Assembly: GCA_934229625.1 (NCBI GenBank)
Contig: CAKQDU010000004.1
Span: 27,295 to 91,294 of the forward strand
Direction: 5' to 3'
From: an uncultured Alphaproteobacteria bacterium
GTDB lineage: Bacteria; Pseudomonadota; Alphaproteobacteria; RF32; CAG-239
DNA: 64,000 nt
The notes below the pieces were generated by a model, which was not told the DNA's origin, did not search any database, and saw only the letters and a program-made list of their open reading frames with translations. A program made the translations under genes and the position numbers. Shown here piece by piece: positions 19,119 to 27,500 of this stretch; position 1 is the stretch's first letter, and every line of letters starts with the position of its first letter.

Positions 19119-20078
19119 ATGAATATTTTTATTATTGATAAAAGCTATGTGATTAAAAAGATTAAATCTGTAGCTGGTGGCTGGAAACTGTATCCTCAGG
19201 ATAAAAATGAAAAAGAAATTTTTATCAGCAAGCAATATTATGCCGGTAAAATGCCTTTTATGTTTCCCTGGCAGACCTTTAAGTTGGATATCGTCTATGT
19301 CTGGGGTTCTAAGAATAACGAAATCGGCTTTATAACTTCTGCGGTTCTGAATGGAAAAAAGCTTTTTGAAGTTCCAAAGAAAGAGTATCCTGCACATATC
19401 AAAAAAAAGGTAGATGCTGGCGATGAGATTAACAGTAAACAACAAGAACATATTGATACTGTCAATAAGGCTGTTATTTCTGCCTTGGATTCTTTTTTGC
19501 CTACGATTATGCTGTATTATGGGTGTACTGGCTTGAATGTGGATTTACGATGCTATCTTGGTCTTCACTTTTTTAAGGGAGAAAAGACTCCGGAATATGA
19601 GCAACGCTTAAAGCTTATGACGATTCTTTGCCGGATTGCCGAGCGTATATACAAGCGTCACGTGAATATGGATGACTGTTGGAATGTTGGCTTATCGGCC
19701 ATAAAGTTTGGTCTTCCAGGACCGTATTATGGTGATGAGAACATGCCTCTTGACAAGGAAAGTCCGGCTATGCAAATGTTTTGGGAAGTAGATGATTTGC
19801 TTAACGAATATCTTCCTCCAAAAATGAATATTTTGCTGCGTCAGTATCTTAATTATGTTGTGCGTGACATATTGCGAGTTTTTGCACAAGATTATAATCT
19901 GATTTGCAAAGGCAAATTGGATCCGTTTGAACATTTCCATGAAGAATATTCTGACGAAAAAGTCTTTAGGTTGAACATAGAAAAAATGCAAATGCCTAAG
20001 TACACATCTTTTATTCTGCCTAAAGTTTTCAGCGATGTTGAAATTTATAGCTTCACCCGTGACTATAATTTGGATTAA
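19119..20078 (+). CDS. hypothetical protein
   Basis: 319-aa ORF followed by a strong bidirectional terminator. No motif recognised. Confidence 0.5.
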   Translation: MNIFIIDKSYVIKKIKSVAGGWKLYPQDKNEKEIFISKQYYAGKMPFMFPWQTFKLDIVYVWGSKNNEIGFITSAVLNGKKLFEVPKKEYPAHIKKKVDAGDEINSKQQEHIDTVNKAVISALDSFLPTIMLYYGCTGLNVDLRCYLGLHFFKGEKTPEYEQRLKLMTILCRIAERIYKRHVNMDDCWNVGLSAIKFGLPGPYYGDENMPLDKESPAMQMFWEVDDLLNEYLPPKMNILLRQYLNYVVRDILRVFAQDYNLICKGKLDPFEHFHEEYSDEKVFRLNIEKMQMPKYTSFILPKVFSDVEIYSFTRDYNLD

Positions 20079-20083
20079 ACTAA

Positions 20084-20120
20084 AAAAACAGCCTTAGTTA
20101 TAAAACTAAGGCTGTTTTTG
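20084..20120. terminator. bidirectional hairpin terminator
   Basis: ACAGCCTTAGT(20088-20098)/ACTAAGGCTGT(20105-20115), flanked by an A-run and a T-run, between convergent genes. Confidence 0.8.
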
Positions 20121-20130
20121 TCTTCTTAAA

Positions 20131-20976
20131 TTAGGCTTTAATTTCCGGCTTATCTGTTTTTAAGTTTTTTTCGTAGGCGCGTTTATCATGCAAAAATTTG
20201 ATAATCGTAAAAGGAATTGTCAATAAATAAGCTAAAGTAAACAATCCCAATGTCAGCCAGGGTTGGGTTAACAAGCAACTTACAAACAAAGCAAACAAAA
20301 CCATTAAAGGCAGAAAATAATCAGCGTTAATGCGTGTTTTTTTGAGTGACAGAGTAGGAATTCTGCTAACCATTAAATAGGCTACCAAAAGCATAAGGAT
20401 ACTGCACAAATATTTGTTGCGCAAAATAAAATCATATTCCGGATAAGCAAATGAAATCAGCAGCGGCATAACTGCAATTGCAGCAGCCATAGGAGCTGGT
20501 ACACCAACAAAGTAATGTGACCAATATTCCGGAACAGTTGCGTCTTCCAACATAGTGTTAAAACGAGCCAAACGCATAGCCATACCGGCAGCGAACATCA
20601 GCGTAAAAATCCAACCCCAATGAGGAATGGTGTTTAAGCACCATTGATACATCAATATAGCCGGAGCTACGCCGAAACTAACAAAGTCGGATAATGAATC
20701 CAATTCGGCGCCGAATTTTGATGAGGCTTTTAACTTACGGGCCACACGTCCATCCAAACCATCAAAAACGCAAGCTAAAAACAGGCAGACTATTGCAAAT
20801 GTCCAATTTTGCATAATTGCAAATTTGATTGTTGTTACACCTGAGCATAAGGCCATCAATGTTACAATATTAGGAGCCATTTTACGAAAAGGAACTTCCT
20901 TAAATTTACCGATTGCTTTCTTTTTTATACCGCTGCGCATTGTTGCAGGGTGATTATTTTGATATGTTTTAGCCAT
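20131..20976 (-). CDS. pssA: CDP-diacylglycerol--serine O-phosphatidyltransferase
   Basis: CDP-alcohol phosphatidyltransferase motif DGLDGRVARKLKASSKFGAELDSLSD, multiple TM helices, and adjacency to psd. Confidence 0.9.
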   Translation of the reverse strand: MAKTYQNNHPATMRSGIKKKAIGKFKEVPFRKMAPNIVTLMALCSGVTTIKFAIMQNWTFAIVCLFLACVFDGLDGRVARKLKASSKFGAELDSLSDFVSFGVAPAILMYQWCLNTIPHWGWIFTLMFAAGMAMRLARFNTMLEDATVPEYWSHYFVGVPAPMAAAIAVMPLLISFAYPEYDFILRNKYLCSILMLLVAYLMVSRIPTLSLKKTRINADYFLPLMVLFALFVSCLLTQPWLTLGLFTLAYLLTIPFTIIKFLHDKRAYEKNLKTDKPEIKA

Positions 20977-21683
20977 TATCTTATTTCTCCTTCAATACGG
21001 GGAGCTCCTGAATTTATATCAGCGACAATTGTTTCTCCGCCAATCAAATGCTGTCCGACACAAACTTGCGGTTCAATTTTTTCCGGTAAATACAAATCAA
21101 CATATCCGCCGAAACGAATAAAACCGAAACGTTGTCCGGCAATAAATTCGTCACCTCTTTTTAACTTAGCAACAATGCGTTTGCTGCAAAATAAAGCTGT
21201 TTGCTGCAATACAAATTCTAAGCCTTCACTATGTTTTAGGGCAATAAGCATTCTTTCATTTTTTATATTATTTTTGGTTGTAGAACCCGAAAATTTTTGT
21301 CCGGCGTCGTAAAAAGTTTTACTGACCGTGCATTTTATAGGTATACGGTTTATATTGACATCAAAAGGACTGACATAGATACTTAGTTTAGTATAATTTT
21401 TACGGTCAAGACCTAAGGCATCAGGCCCTTTTTCACGGTTTATGGCAACGATATAGCCATCGGCAGGCGCGATAACCGCACCTGACAAAACAGGCGTAAC
21501 TCTGATAATGTCACGAAAACTATAAAAACACCAGATTGTTATTAAAAATGAAAGACAGCCGAGCGGAAACCATATAAGCGTAAATATCAAAGAAATAAAC
21601 GCCAAAGCACTAACAAATTTCCACCCGTCCTCATTTATATTTGGAAAAAAATAATGATGAAGAGATGTGTCGACAAATTTCAT
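20976..21683 (-). CDS. psd: phosphatidylserine decarboxylase-family protein (short type), atypical processing motif
   Basis: I chose the start at MKFVDTS (GGAG upstream); the track extends to 21812. FRD..R, ISPADG-like IAPADGYIV and the C-terminal GQRFGFIRFGGYVDLYLP align by eye with short-type PSDs. The usual FGS(R/T) serine reads GGY here. Confidence 0.75.
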   Translation of the reverse strand: MKFVDTSLHHYFFPNINEDGWKFVSALAFISLIFTLIWFPLGCLSFLITIWCFYSFRDIIRVTPVLSGAVIAPADGYIVAINREKGPDALGLDRKNYTKLSIYVSPFDVNINRIPIKCTVSKTFYDAGQKFSGSTTKNNIKNERMLIALKHSEGLEFVLQQTALFCSKRIVAKLKRGDEFIAGQRFGFIRFGGYVDLYLPEKIEPQVCVGQHLIGGETIVADINSGAPRIEGEIR

Positions 21684-21847
21684 TTTTTTCTCCCCAAAGA
21701 ATACCGAAACGCTGTTTCTGCGTATTCTCAAGTTAAATAGAGGAATGTTTTTTCCTCTTTCCGCCATATAATTAAGCATATTTTGCAAAAAAAGACAAGT
21801 TTTATGTTGCAAATATAAAAAAATTTATGTATAACACAATCAATGAT

Positions 21848-21934
21848 GCGCTTGTGGCGGAATCGGTAGACGCTGCAGACTTAAAATCTGTTGGGATTTA
21901 TCCCGTGCCAGTTCAAGTCTGGCCTAGCGCACCA
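21848..21934 (+). tRNA. tRNA-Leu (anticodon UAA), type II, CCA encoded
   Basis: GCGCTTGTGGCGGAATCGGTAGACGCTGCAGACTTAAAATCTGTTGGGATTTATCCCGTGCCAGTTCAAGTCTGGCCTAGCGCACCA. Has a long variable arm and anticodon loop CTTAAAA, with one U-U mismatch in the acceptor stem. Confidence 0.88.
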
Positions 21935-21998
21935 ATTAAAAAATGCTTTCCTTCAGGAGGGCTTTTTTTGTGAAAAAACAACAACTAATACACTATTG

Positions 21999-22024
21999 TC
22001 CGCTAATGAAGCGGATTTTTTTTA
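21999..22024 (+). terminator. intrinsic terminator downstream of tRNA-Leu
   Basis: TCCGC(21999-22003)/GCGGA(22011-22015) followed by T9. Confidence 0.6.
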
Positions 22025-22054
22025 TTCAAAATAAAAGCATTATGCAAATTGAAA

Positions 22055-22232
22055 GTGTGTAAAAAAAACGACCGTTTAAAATGGACAGTTTTTAGGCTGT
22101 TTTTTATAGTCTAGCAAAGGTTGCCGAAATTTGCAATAACTTTTTATATTTGCGATGTTTTTTGCTGTTTTTACAACATTTTATTGCCGCTTGTTTTGCT
22201 GTGTAAAAATAACGGTCGTTTTTTTTACACAC
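22055..22232. repeat. perfect 22-bp inverted repeat flanking a 134-bp segment directly upstream of pilin-like paralog C
   Basis: IRL is GTGTGTAAAAAAAACGACCGTT (22055-22076). IRR is AACGGTCGTTTTTTTTACACAC (22211-22232), its exact reverse complement. IRR ends 15 nt before the ATG, next to the SD GAGGAGG. The enclosed segment contains -35/-10-like hexamers (TTGCCG-17 nt-TTATAT) facing the gene. Confidence 0.85.
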
Positions 22233-22247
22233 TTGAGGAGGAATAAG

Positions 22248-22961
22248 ATGTTTAAGGGTATAGAATTTTTCAGAGGAAAAAGCTGGGTAGCGGAGCTTGG
22301 ATTGCTTCCCTCAGCTCGCAATGACATTTGCTCTGCCGGTCGGTCAATGATAGAAATGCTGGGCGTACTTGCCATTATCGCTGTTTTGACAGTCGGTGGT
22401 ATCGCCGGTTATTCCAAAGCTATGGAAAAGTTTAAGGTAAATAAAGCAATTTCAGAATATAGTTATTTAATTCAGGGATTGATGGAACATCTGGCAGAAA
22501 TTCAAAAAATGTCAAATATTCAAGAGGGCGATGTTCATCATGGACTGATAAATGTTGTTCAGGCGACTAATTTAGTCCCAGAAACTTGGAAAAATGCAGG
22601 CTCTCAGGCTGATGATAGAATGATTGACCCATATGGTAATGTAATACAAATATTTTCACGATATAAACGTTTGGTTATAGATATGTATCTTGGCGGCTAC
22701 AGCGCTCTGGATGACGGCACACAGGCTTCACTTTCTTTTTCGCCTAAGTTTTGCAGCGCTTTAATGCAGGATGTGGTGCAACCTTTAGCATCTGTTTTAA
22801 ATAAAGCTTGGTTTACCTATGGTAATACTTATTATGGCGATAAACATTGTGGCTCAGGTTCAAAATGTATTAGAGATTTGAAACTAAGCGATATAAATAG
22901 GGTCTGCAATTACTGCACCAAACAGTCTGGACGTTTCTGCGGACTAATATTGGAATTTTAA
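22248..22961 (+). CDS. prepilin-like Cys-rich secreted protein, paralog C
   Basis: Start chosen at the ATG after GAGGAGGAATAAG. MFKGIEFFRGKSWVAELGLLPSARNDICSAG|RSMIEMLGVLAIIAVLTVGGIAGYSKAMEKFKVNKAISEYSYLIQGL. The C-terminus is CGSGSKC...CNYCTKQSGRFCGLILEF. Confidence 0.72.
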   Translation: MFKGIEFFRGKSWVAELGLLPSARNDICSAGRSMIEMLGVLAIIAVLTVGGIAGYSKAMEKFKVNKAISEYSYLIQGLMEHLAEIQKMSNIQEGDVHHGLINVVQATNLVPETWKNAGSQADDRMIDPYGNVIQIFSRYKRLVIDMYLGGYSALDDGTQASLSFSPKFCSALMQDVVQPLASVLNKAWFTYGNTYYGDKHCGSGSKCIRDLKLSDINRVCNYCTKQSGRFCGLILEF

Positions 22962-23020
22962 TATTATGTCCATAAAAGAACAGTCTTGGTTTGGGATAAA
23001 AACTAAGACTGTTTTTCGGT

Positions 23021-23650
23021 TTAAAATACTAAGATAAGTCCGCAGAGTTTGTTTGCTTCTTTGGTGCAGTAATTGCATACATTGTTAATTTCTCTTAAGC
23101 TTATATTTCTGATGCAGAGTGTACTTTCGCTGCAATAAGCATCGCCCATATATTGATTTCCATTTGTAAAGAAAGCTTTATTTAAAACAGATGCTAAAGG
23201 CTGCACCACATTTTGCATAAGCGATGAACAGAACTTAGGTGAAAATGCAGTTGAAGCAGAGCCTCCGTCAACAGATTGGAAGCCGCCAAGATACATATCT
23301 ATAACTAAAGTTTGGCTGCGGGAGAAAATTCTGATTAAGTTCCCGTAGGGGTCGTTGTAATTGTGATTAGATATTTTTTCCCATGTTTCCGGCACCAAAC
23401 TTTCGGCTTCCACAACGCTGGTTAATCCATATTGAATGTCGCCCTCATTGGGTTTTGAAACATTTTGCAAATCTTTTAAGTGTTCTAACAGTCCTTGAAT
23501 TAAGTAGCTGTATTCGCTCACGGCTTTGTCAACCTTAAACTTTTCCATAGCTTTGGAATAGCCGGCAATACCGCCAACTGTCAAAACAGCGATGATAGCT
23601 AAAACGCCCAGCATCTCAATCATAGACCGACCGCATTGATTATTTTTCAT
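23021..23650 (-). CDS. prepilin-like Cys-rich secreted protein, paralog B
   Basis: 209 aa, MKNNQCG|RSMIEMLGVLAIIAVLTVGGIAGYSKAMEKFKVDKAVSEYSYLIQGL...FSPKFCSSLMQNVVQPLASVLNKAFF...CNYCTKEANKLCGLILVF. Convergent with paralog C. Confidence 0.75.
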   Translation of the reverse strand: MKNNQCGRSMIEMLGVLAIIAVLTVGGIAGYSKAMEKFKVDKAVSEYSYLIQGLLEHLKDLQNVSKPNEGDIQYGLTSVVEAESLVPETWEKISNHNYNDPYGNLIRIFSRSQTLVIDMYLGGFQSVDGGSASTAFSPKFCSSLMQNVVQPLASVLNKAFFTNGNQYMGDAYCSESTLCIRNISLREINNVCNYCTKEANKLCGLILVF

Positions 23651-23875
23651 AAGAACTTCCTTTCTCTTTGAAATTAAACAAAAAAGCCGTCTGAAAAAGA
23701 CGACCGGAAGTTGAGAACTACTGTATATAAGTATAGTGTAGCATATTAGCGTATAGCATATTTTGCTACCTTCCGATCAATAGACCAGAAGGTATTTTAC
23801 GTCTAATAATTGACGTATATACAAGAGGTTCTCACACCTCGAACAGACTATCGTCCATCTGCCTTAATGCTATAA
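23651..23875 (-). promoter_or_regulatory. structured 5' leader of paralog B (second copy of the candidate riboswitch/attenuator)
   Basis: Same block order as 6766-7000. Closing helices are 23828-23833c:23713-23718c and 23816-23823c:23722-23729c. Terminator hairpin at 23686-23704c + U6 (23680-23685c). Anti-SD AACUUCC is at 23706-23712c and SD GGAAGUU at 23654-23660c. Confidence 0.6.
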
Positions 23876-23896
23876 AAAAAGCGGTAAAATATCAAG

Positions 23897-23934
23897 TAAA
23901 AAATGTTTCAGTTGGTGACAAATTGTCACCAACT
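23897..23934 (-). terminator. hairpin terminator after fic
   Basis: Perfect 11-bp stem AGTTGGTGACA(23910-23920)/TGTCACCAACT(23924-23934). A U-run begins ~5 nt downstream on the minus strand. Confidence 0.55.
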
Positions 23935-23948
23935 CGTGAGTTAAGAAA

Positions 23949-24557
23949 CTATATCAAATCGTGAATATTATATTCGTCATAGCCCTCATAATAGTAGCTG
24001 ACATCAATACCTTTCATAAATATTTCTCGTTCATTGATTTTATCAGTAAGGGCGTTTTGCAGCAAATGTTTGATTTCTATATCTTTAACCGGACTTCGTT
24101 CCATAGCAGAAAGATAATCGGCTTTATCAATTTTATTCCAATCCACGACTTTTTTCAGTTCTTTTTTGAAGATTAAATCAAGCCAGATTCTAGTCGCACG
24201 CCCGTTTCCCTCTCTAAAAGGGTGGGCAACGTTCATTTCCACATATTTTTCCACTATTTCATCAAAATTTGATTGCGGCATTTTATCTATTTGCTTTAGG
24301 GATTGCGCTAAATACATAACCGGAGCAAACCGAAAATTTCCTTTAGCAATGTTGACTGTGCGGAGCTTACCTGCAAAATCGTAAATATCTTCAAACAAAT
24401 ACTTATGAATTTGTTTCAGACCGGCAAAAGTTCCGACTTTTATTTTTTCAATTTTTCCGCTGTCAAAGAGCTTTTTAGCCTTAATTTTACTTATTTTCTC
24501 TTCAGCCTTATTTAGTTCTATTTGGTCTGTGATATTTAATTTATTTTCTAAAACCAT
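23949..24557 (-). CDS. fic: Fic-family protein adenylyltransferase (AMPylase), class III-type
   Basis: 202 aa. Fic motif [12 protein letters not shown] (aa 112-123) and a C-terminal SYYYEG (aa 187-192) fitting the inhibitory [S/T]xxxE[G/N] helix motif. Confidence 0.88.
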   Translation of the reverse strand: MVLENKLNITDQIELNKAEEKISKIKAKKLFDSGKIEKIKVGTFAGLKQIHKYLFEDIYDFAGKLRTVNIAKGNFRFAPVMYLAQSLKQIDKMPQSNFDEIVEKYVEMNVAHPFREGNGRATRIWLDLIFKKELKKVVDWNKIDKADYLSAMERSPVKDIEIKHLLQNALTDKINEREIFMKGIDVSYYYEGYDEYNIHDLI

Positions 24558-24576
24558 ATCAACACCTTTAAAGTCT

Positions 24577-27500
24577 TTAGAACTTATAACCTAAATTGAA
24601 CAGATAGTAAACATTGCTCTTTTGTTCGAGCGGAGCGTTTACCGCAGCGCTGAGCGAAAGTTTTTTATAGTCGTATTGCGCTTTCATTGTCAGCAAACCG
24701 CTGTTACGCTGTAAACGATTACTGCTAATTTGATAAGAACCAAGCATATTATCCATAGTTGCCATTGTTGAATATTTATTGCCAAATTCATGGAAATAGC
24801 GTCCGCCGGCAGTTAATAAAACAGATTGTTCTTTGCCTAGTTCAAACTCTTTTTTAATATCCATGCCAATAACAGATTGAATAGACGTAACTTTATCGCT
24901 ATCGGCTTTGAGTCCGCCGTTATTTTCTTTTAGGTCGTCAATTTTTACTTCGGTAATATTAGCGCCGATAACAGGCTCAATTTGCGCAACATTCACGTTA
25001 ATAGTTTGGCGCGCCTCAGCGTCAACACCATAGTAGTAGTTGGTTAAATCTGCTTTATATGCTTTATCTACGCCGCTGCGGCTGTAGTGACCATTGCCAA
25101 ACCCGACTTTAGGTTTAGCCATAGCGCGGAAATTATCGTTAGTGTAAGTAAGCGGAGCAAAAACTTCCAGCACATTGTTATAACGAGATGAATCGTCATC
25201 AAAATCGCTGTCGCTGCGAGCCGCCGCCGCACCAAAACCGGCGCGCCAGTTGTTGGCAATTTGATAGTCGCTGAAACCATAAACCGCTGTCACCTTGTCT
25301 TTGTAGCCGGAAACATTTTGTTTGCCGTCAAATTCTTGTTGATAAGCCATAACGTTAACTTTAGCGCGGTTGATTTCATCAGTTTGCGTCAAAATATCGT
25401 CATTAGCCGCGCGGTTGATATTTGAAAGTAAATCCAAGTCTTGTTTTGCCAAGTTTGGAACCATGCTAAAGCCAAATTCGCGGTTTATTGCCATATCAAA
25501 AGCAGAAGCGCTGGACGCGCCTTTTAAGGTGTTGAAAACGCCCTCGCCTTTTTGCGCCGCATAGTTAGTGCTTAAATAAGAAGCCAATTCTTTATCTGCA
25601 ACGGTTTCTGCAAATGATTTCATAGTCATAATAACATCGGTGTTTCCGGATTCGTTAGCGGCTTTTTCAGCGTTAAACATATAAGAGCCGGAAACCACAT
25701 TTAAACCTGCGTCTTTGCCGATAAATGAGTTATCATTGCGGTAGGTTGTTTCAAATCCGCTTTGAGTTATATCAGCGTTTGCGGTTACTGTTCCTTTTAA
25801 AACCGGAGCTGTATAGCTACCATTTTTACCGATTTCAATAGAACCGTTATTTTGTGTTGAAGCGTCAAAATCTACATTTGCTTCATAGTTTATAGTTCCA
25901 TTATTTATGAAAGACGCGTTGTTTTTCACCATGATTGCAGTTGATTTAGCGGATGATTCTTCGCTGTTTTCACTTTCGGTTTCATCTTCGCAATCCAAAC
26001 CCGTGCATTTTACGGCGCCGTTATTTACAATGATAGAACCGTTATTGGTTGCGGTGCCTGCGGTTAAATAAATTCCGTAAGATGTGCCGGATTGTCCGCC
26101 TTGATTTATGGTAATAGTTCCTTCATTGCTAAATTCGCCTCCGTAAAGTTTTACGCCGGAAGAACCTGAACCGTAAACAATGATTTTTCCTCCGTTTTCA
26201 TTTTTAGCAGTGCCGCCCTTTACTTCAATACCTGTGCCGCTGCTGACATAGTTGGAGGCCGAACCGATAGTTATGGTTCCGCTGTTTATAAATTCGCCGC
26301 TGTTAACAGCTGCGCCGATGCCGCCGTTGCCGATTACAGTAATATTGCCGCTGTTAGTTGTGGTTTCGCCGCCGACATTTATTCCGGTGCCGCTGCTTCC
26401 GGAAATATAAATTGAGCCGGTATTTGTTGTTTGTCCTGCCGAAATTATGCCGGTGCTGAAATCAGATTGTATAGAAATGTTTCCGCTGTTGTTAAATGTG
26501 CCGCTGCCTACGGAAACAGCAATATTTTTATTACTGTTGCCGGCAGATGTATGAACAATTTCAATTTCATTTGTATTATCAAAATTTGCGCTGCCGACGG
26601 AGACCGCTGTGCTGTCGCTGGTGTTATTCAGCCGTAAAGTTCCATTATTTGTAATTGTTCCGGAACTATCTTCGGCATTTATAATAGTTCCTTTTTCAGT
26701 AACTGAAAGCTGAACGCCGCTGTTGATTGTGAGTGTGGAAGCATCTTTTAGTTTTATCATTGTTCCCTTAGCGATGCTTTGATTTCTTGTTAATGTCAAA
26801 TCTCCTGAGCTGCCGGAAACAAGATAATAAGTTAGCGAATCTGCGGCATCAGATTTACAATTTGCGCCATCAGCGTTTTTATCGCATATAATAATATTTC
26901 CGACTTCTTCTACTTTAGCTTTTCCCTCAATTCGGAACACAACTGCATTTTTTCCGAAAATTTTAATAATATTGTTTTTTATAACAGCTCCGTCCTTATT
27001 TTCATTTGTTCCGGCAGAATAAATGGCGGTATTGTCATCGCCGTATATGTTTATAATACCATTATTGGTAATATGGCTGTTGCCTGTTGCATACATGCCG
27101 AAAGATTTTTTTTCAACTACGTTTATAACACCGTTTTTGTCATTTATCATGTTGGCAATACTCGTTGCGGCACTGCTCATACCTGTTGAATAACCGGTAT
27201 TAACGTTAATAGTTCCCTGATTAACAATTTTTGCTACAGAAATTGCATCGCTTGTCAAGTGCATGCCCGTATTGCCGTAGTTTGTGTTATCAGACATTAA
27301 ATTTATGATTCCGGTGTTGGTGGCAGAGCCTTGTTTGGATTCTACGGTCATAGCCGAGGTGTCGGCAGAAGACAAGGTGATTGTGCCGGAGTTTATTATG
27401 GATTCCGTTTCTGACGACGTTACCGAAGAAGTTAGGCTTGGTGATTTTGTATTCATAACATTTTGTTTAAGGTTAAGCAGATTTTTTGCATCTGAACTGC

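Noticed and set aside
22155-22247. N-terminal extensions proposed by the ORF track for pilin-like paralogs C (from 22155) and D (from 36086).
   Set aside because: The extensions run through the inverted-repeat or regulatory DNA and encode implausible Phe/Cys/Arg-rich peptides. Internal ATGs at 22248 and 36197 have good SD sequences and give N-termini collinear with paralogs A and B.
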